32,000 nucleotides of DNA, from the NCBI GenBank assembly GCA_963845495.1, contig CAWJTH010000039.1:33676-65675 (forward strand), in the 5' to 3' direction. The notes below the pieces were generated by a model that worked only from the letters and a program-made list of their open reading frames with translations, ran no database searches and was not told the DNA's origin. The stretch is from an uncultured Chitinophagaceae bacterium. Lineage in GTDB: Bacteria > Bacteroidota > Bacteroidia > Chitinophagales > Chitinophagaceae. The translations under genes were made by a program, and so were the position numbers. Positions 28,018 through 32,000 of this stretch are shown here, one piece after another (positions within the stretch are counted from its first letter, which is position 1; every line of letters starts with the position of its first letter).

Positions 28018-28097
28018 CTAGTAATTAGATGTTAGTACTTAGTAGTTAGACAAAACAATTGATCCATTAACTAATAACTTATTAACCAATAGTTTAA
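28018..28097. repeat. Heptamer-periodic low-complexity element D between the DUF983-like gene and vsr
   Basis: The left part is tagtaat|tagatgt|tagtact|tagtagt|tagacaa (28018-28052). The right part has ttaac/ataac/ttaac units at 7-8-nt spacing (28066-28097). Arm complementarity is weaker than in elements A-C. Confidence 0.4.
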
Positions 28098-28105
28098 GAA
28101 CCAAT

Positions 28106-28597
28106 TTACCAGTTGCCCATTTGTTCTTTTACAATACGTTCAGGCTTTGGTGCTTCTTTGGTTTTCCAATCTTTATCGTATCCTACAAAAAAATATAGCC
28201 AAACCGTGCGGCTAAGGCGCATAATGTAAGGCATCATTAAAATAAGTATCGTTATGTCTGCGGCTAAATAATAATATAAACTATAATCTTTTATGCTAAT
28301 GCCGATCAATACATAATAAGCTACAAACACAGCAACGGTAATGGCTACGCATAAGGCATAACTCACATAACCGGTGCCATAATAAAACCCAACTTCCAGC
28401 TCCATGTATTGGCCGCACAAAGGGCACTCCTTGTGCATTTCCATGTTTTTGCTCGATTTAATTGTCAATTTATTTTTAAACATCGGTCCACGCCTGCAAC
28501 GAGGGCAGCGTAGGTTTAGCATACTTAAAAAATAATTGGGCTTACTATCACTATATTTTGATTTATCGTACAAATTTTCGTCGGCCATAAAAAACAA
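28106..28597 (-). CDS. DUF983-like membrane protein with an N-terminal zinc ribbon
   Basis: 163 aa. CPRCRRGPMF ... CPLCGQ (four Cys) is followed by two hydrophobic helices. Confidence 0.7.
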   Translation of the reverse strand: MFFMADENLYDKSKYSDSKPNYFLSMLNLRCPRCRRGPMFKNKLTIKSSKNMEMHKECPLCGQYMELEVGFYYGTGYVSYALCVAITVAVFVAYYVLIGISIKDYSLYYYLAADITILILMMPYIMRLSRTVWLYFFVGYDKDWKTKEAPKPERIVKEQMGNW

Positions 28598-28646
28598 TTA
28601 TCCTACAAAGAAACGAAATAGTGAATTGTGAATTGTGAATTTTCAG

Positions 28647-28806
28647 TAGTGTCTCAGTTTGAAAGTTAATGCTTTAACCGTAAAGCAAAAAGATTAATCA
28701 AATCTCAGTTCAATGTTTCTGTGCCTCAGTGGCAAATCAATATTTGCCACTGAGGCACAGAAACACTGAAACTTTTAATGCTCAACTTCAAACTGAGACA
28801 CTATCA
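28647..28806. mobile_element. 160-bp MITE-like palindromic element, copy 2
   Basis: The outer inverted repeats are tagtgtctcagtttgaa / ttcaaactgagacacta. The inner stem is a perfect 23 bp (gtttctgtgcctcagtggcaaat / atttgccactgaggcacagaaac). The element is flanked by identical 9-mers aattttcag at 28638-28646 and 28807-28815. Confidence 0.65.
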
Positions 28807-28811
28807 AATTT

Positions 28812-28994
<183 letters not shown>

Positions 28995-29039
28995 TTGGGA
29001 GTGGGTGCTTCTTACTCACCATTCACTATTCACCACTCA

Positions 29040-30320
29040 CTATTCTACAATCGCTTCCATTTTTACGCTTCTACTACCTTTAATTAATAAATAATTGCCT
29101 TTACTATGCAAGGCTTGCCACCATTCGGCCGCTTGCTTCGCGTTTTCAAAATATTGGTACGGATGAAAAACATGGTTAAAATCGCCACCTACCAATACAA
29201 CGCTTTTCCATTTATATTTTCCGATCAGGTCGATCAAGTGTTCGTGTTCCTTAATACTTTGTGTACCCAATTCCATCATGGCCCCTAAAAAAAGCATTTT
29301 ATTATCTGCAGGCAATTTGGCAAAGTTTTCGATTGCCGCAGCCATACTACTTGGGTTGGCGTTGTAGGCGTCTAAAATAATATGGTTGCCATCCTTTTCT
29401 ATCATTTGGCTTCGGCTATTGCCTGGTGTATAATTTTCAATGGCAGCTTTAATTTTTTCGTCGGGCACATTAAAATATTTGCCAATGGTTACTGCCGATA
29501 AAACATTATAAATGTTATAAGCTCCAACCAATTTTGTATGAATGATAAATTCAGACAAACCGTTGCCCACACTAGCTTTTAAGAACGGTTCACTCGCTTC
29601 AACCCGGCCAATTATTTCTCCCATTTTTGTTCCGTACCAATGAATTTCTGATAAACCCTTTGTCATTGTTTGGAAATAATCAAAATCATCGCAAGCAAAA
29701 GCAACGCCATTGTTTGCACGTAAAAAATCAAATAATTCTCCCTTGCCTTGGCGCACGCCTTCTTCGCTTCCAAAACCTTCCAAATGGGCTTTGCCAACAT
29801 TGGTAATCAATCCATGTGTAGGCAGCGTATAATCACAATAACCGGCTATTTCTTTTTGGTGATTAGCCCCCATTTCAATTACAGCTATTTGCGCATCTTT
29901 TTTAATTTGTAAAATGGTTAGCGGAACGCCAATGTGATTGTTTAAATTTCCTTGGGTAGTATAAGTGATATAAACCGATGAAAGCACTGTTGACACCAAT
30001 TCTTTGGTGGTTGTTTTGCCGTTGCTGCCTGTTATTGCAATAAATGGGATATTAAACTGTTGGCGATGGTGTTTTGCCAACGCTTGCAATGCTGTCAATA
30101 CATCTTCCACCAAAAAATATTGTTCATCGATGGCAAATTCCACCTCGTCAACAACGGCCAAAGATGCGCCGGCTTGCAAAGCTTGCGAAGCAAATTGGTT
30201 GCCATTAAAACTTGGCCCTTTTAAAGCAAAAAAAATATCTCCGTTTGTAATTTTCCTTGTATCGGTGGCAATTGACGGATGCTGTAAATAAAATTGATAT
30301 AAATTTTCAATAGTGGTCAT
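29040..30320 (-). CDS. murF: UDP-N-acetylmuramoyl-tripeptide--D-alanyl-D-alanine ligase
   Basis: 426 aa. The Mur ligase P-loop is ITGSNGKTTTKE. Also present are DAYNANPSSM and the C-terminal domain LLIKGSRSVKME. Confidence 0.9.
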   Translation of the reverse strand: MTTIENLYQFYLQHPSIATDTRKITNGDIFFALKGPSFNGNQFASQALQAGASLAVVDEVEFAIDEQYFLVEDVLTALQALAKHHRQQFNIPFIAITGSNGKTTTKELVSTVLSSVYITYTTQGNLNNHIGVPLTILQIKKDAQIAVIEMGANHQKEIAGYCDYTLPTHGLITNVGKAHLEGFGSEEGVRQGKGELFDFLRANNGVAFACDDFDYFQTMTKGLSEIHWYGTKMGEIIGRVEASEPFLKASVGNGLSEFIIHTKLVGAYNIYNVLSAVTIGKYFNVPDEKIKAAIENYTPGNSRSQMIEKDGNHIILDAYNANPSSMAAAIENFAKLPADNKMLFLGAMMELGTQSIKEHEHLIDLIGKYKWKSVVLVGGDFNHVFHPYQYFENAKQAAEWWQALHSKGNYLLIKGSRSVKMEAIVE

Positions 30321-30372
30321 GAGATATAAATGATTTGACAGTTCTAATTATTTGGCTCAACTAAACCGCCTT

Positions 30373-30380
30373 CAAAATTA
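30373..30380 (-). promoter_or_regulatory. Candidate -7 promoter box (TAATTTTG on the minus strand) upstream of murF
   Basis: The plus strand reads caaaatta, 53 nt upstream of the murF ATG and downstream of the gldJ terminator. Motif match only. Confidence 0.3.
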
Positions 30381-30433
30381 GGCGAGCCTCTGTTTGTTTA
30401 AGACTTCTGTACCACAAACTTGTATTTAATCTT

Positions 30434-30474
30434 TTTGAAAAAAAGAAAACCGCCCAATTGTTGGAGCGGTTTTC
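30434..30474 (-). terminator. Rho-independent terminator after gldJ
   Basis: gaaaaccgc (30445-30453) pairs with gcggttttc (30466-30474). On the minus strand the hairpin is followed by tttttttcaaa. Confidence 0.75.
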
Positions 30475-30495
30475 TTTAAATCTAAGTATTATAAT

Positions 30496-32000
30496 TTATC
30501 TTCTTTGCCTTTTTGTTGGAAAGAAATTACCAGACCTCCTACCATTTCCTTCTGGTGCACCTTGGTAATCCATGGCGCAGCGGAAACCAATGGTGCTGCT
30601 GCTTTCGTCTTCTTCCAAAAAGCGGCGTGTACCCGGGCTTAGCCAATAAGGCCTGTCGTCCCAGCTTCCACCTTTAATTACGCGGCTTTTATCGCTTATT
30701 AAAGTGGTAGTGCCATAATCATATTTCACTTCTGTAGTATCATCACCATCCAAATAGTTTAAGGCATAAGCGTGGTTGTAGTTGCGGCGTTTTGCTAATA
30801 AGCTATCGGGTTCATCTTCATAAACAGGTTTTCCGGTAGAATCTTTTTGGAATTCGCCAGCGCTATTCTTTTTCAAACGTTTAAATTCATTACCACGGAA
30901 GTAGTTGAAATCGCTACCAACCTCATAAGTCGTTGGCCTATAAACGTCTGCTACCCATTCGCTTACATTACCAGCCATATTATATAAACCAAATCCATTC
31001 GGGAAAAACGATTCAACAGGAGCGGTAATGGCTGCACGGTCGTTCAACCCCCCAGCAACACCCATGTTATCACCGCTTCCACGTTTAAAGTTGGCTAACA
31101 TAGCACCTTGCCAAGCGCCTCGGCGGTTATCGCGAAGGCCGTTATAATTGGTATTCCAAGGGTAAACTTGTTTATTTGAAATCAGCTCTTCACCGCGTCC
31201 TTTTTCGGATTTGCGGGCTTGGGGGTTATTATTTACATAACCCAAAGCAGCATATTCCCATTCTGCCTCCGTCGGCAAGCGATAATCAGATGTTAGGATG
31301 CCATCTTCCATATTTACTTGTGTACGTGGTGTACCATTGGGATTTTGTAGTTTCGCATTTTTGCTTTTTGCTGCTTGTCCTGGAGGTGGAGTAGTTAACC
31401 CAAGCAAATAGCTTTTAGTGTTAAAAGCGTCTTCACCTTTTCCGTTTAAGGTTTTAATTTCGGTTTTATTGATATAGCCACCTTGTACCAAAGCCAATTC
31501 ATTTACACGGTCGCTACGCCAAATACAATAATCATGTGCTTGTTTCCAAGTTACGCCCACAACCGGATAAAAATTATAAGATGGGTGACGGAAATAATAT
31601 TCAACATAGGGTTCGTTATAAGCTAATTCGCTGCGCCAAACCAAAGTGTCGGGCAAAGCGGCATCAATTATTGCTTGGTTTTTTGGATCAGCTTCGGGGT
31701 CAAAAACCTGACCTAGCCAATACATATATTCCCTATAATGCACGTTGGCCACTTCCGTTCTGTCAATAAAAAAAGAATTTACTGTTACACGTTTTGGAAC
31801 GTTGTTCCAATCGTTCATCACATCTTCTTGTGTGGCACCCATTGTAAAAGTACCGCCTTGTATAAACACCAAACCAGGCCCAGCCTTTACGTTTGGAGCT
31901 TTTGCCACTTGGTAGCCACCTTGGTTTTTATCATTGTAATTCCAACCAGTGGCGCCCGATTTTTCTGGCTTTTTCTTAAAAACGTTACAAGATCCCAAAA
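30496..32000 (-). CDS. gldJ: Gliding-motility lipoprotein GldJ (SUMF1/FGE-like domain family); the N-terminal signal peptide lies beyond the right edge
   Basis: More than 500 aa, open to the window edge. The window edge reads ..LGSCNVF, a lipobox Cys. FGE-sulfatase-like blocks are RLPTEAEWEYAA, YNMAGNVSEW and GGSWDD. Adjacency to murF is as I recall it for Flavobacterium gldJ. Confidence 0.8.
   Translation of the reverse strand, partial: LGSCNVFKKKPEKSGATGWNYNDKNQGGYQVAKAPNVKAGPGLVFIQGGTFTMGATQEDVMNDWNNVPKRVTVNSFFIDRTEVANVHYREYMYWLGQVFDPEADPKNQAIIDAALPDTLVWRSELAYNEPYVEYYFRHPSYNFYPVVGVTWKQAHDYCIWRSDRVNELALVQGGYINKTEIKTLNGKGEDAFNTKSYLLGLTTPPPGQAAKSKNAKLQNPNGTPRTQVNMEDGILTSDYRLPTEAEWEYAALGYVNNNPQARKSEKGRGEELISNKQVYPWNTNYNGLRDNRRGAWQGAMLANFKRGSGDNMGVAGGLNDRAAITAPVESFFPNGFGLYNMAGNVSEWVADVYRPTTYEVGSDFNYFRGNEFKRLKKNSAGEFQKDSTGKPVYEDEPDSLLAKRRNYNHAYALNYLDGDDTTEVKYDYGTTTLISDKSRVIKGGSWDDRPYWLSPGTRRFLEEDESSSTIGFRCAMDYQGAPEGNGRRSGNFFPTKRQRR

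Noticed and set aside
27243-28597. A restriction-modification or defence module around vsr
   Set aside because: No methyltransferase, nuclease, ATPase or other defence-type ORF is present on either strand. The neighbours are small proteins of the VF530 and DUF983-like families.

Overview
This looks like a chromosomal window from a Bacteroidota genome. The phylum call is an inference from the gldJ-murF adjacency, TAnnTTTG-type promoter boxes, a Tat-exported ferritin-like gene pair and AT-rich spacers. Most genes are ordinary housekeeping or metabolic genes: ruvB, gyrB, mfd, a DsbA-like protein, an amidohydrolase, a quinone oxidoreductase, two 2-hydroxyacid dehydrogenases (one frameshifted), an MFS transporter, fbaB, a TPR-type histidine kinase, a GH19 muramidase-like gene, tRNA-Ser(UGA), a YbdK-type ligase plus ATP-grasp pair, a VF530-family protein, vsr, a DUF983-like protein, murF and a partial gldJ. 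I found no recognisable multi-gene defence, CRISPR, retron, DGR or prophage system. The unusual content is non-coding. (1) At least seven loci consist of inverted arms made of 7-nt (occasionally 8-nt) periodic repeats. The intergenic ones all sit between co-directional genes. One lies in frame inside mfd, and one supplies the last codons and stop codon of a dehydrogenase gene. (2) A 160-bp MITE-like palindromic element occurs twice, each copy with 8-9 bp target-site-duplication-like flanks. One copy is nested inside a heptamer element. (3) There is a 26-copy heptanucleotide tandem array in two pure blocks. (4) There is a 5 x 21-bp tandem array of palindromic units. Smaller items are an unannotated 40-codon His/Arg-rich secreted peptide, a Q/N/Y-rich secreted protein that seems to need a frame change, an orphan vsr and a GshA/GshB-like ligase pair. 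All functional calls rest on motif recognition by eye. No searches were run.
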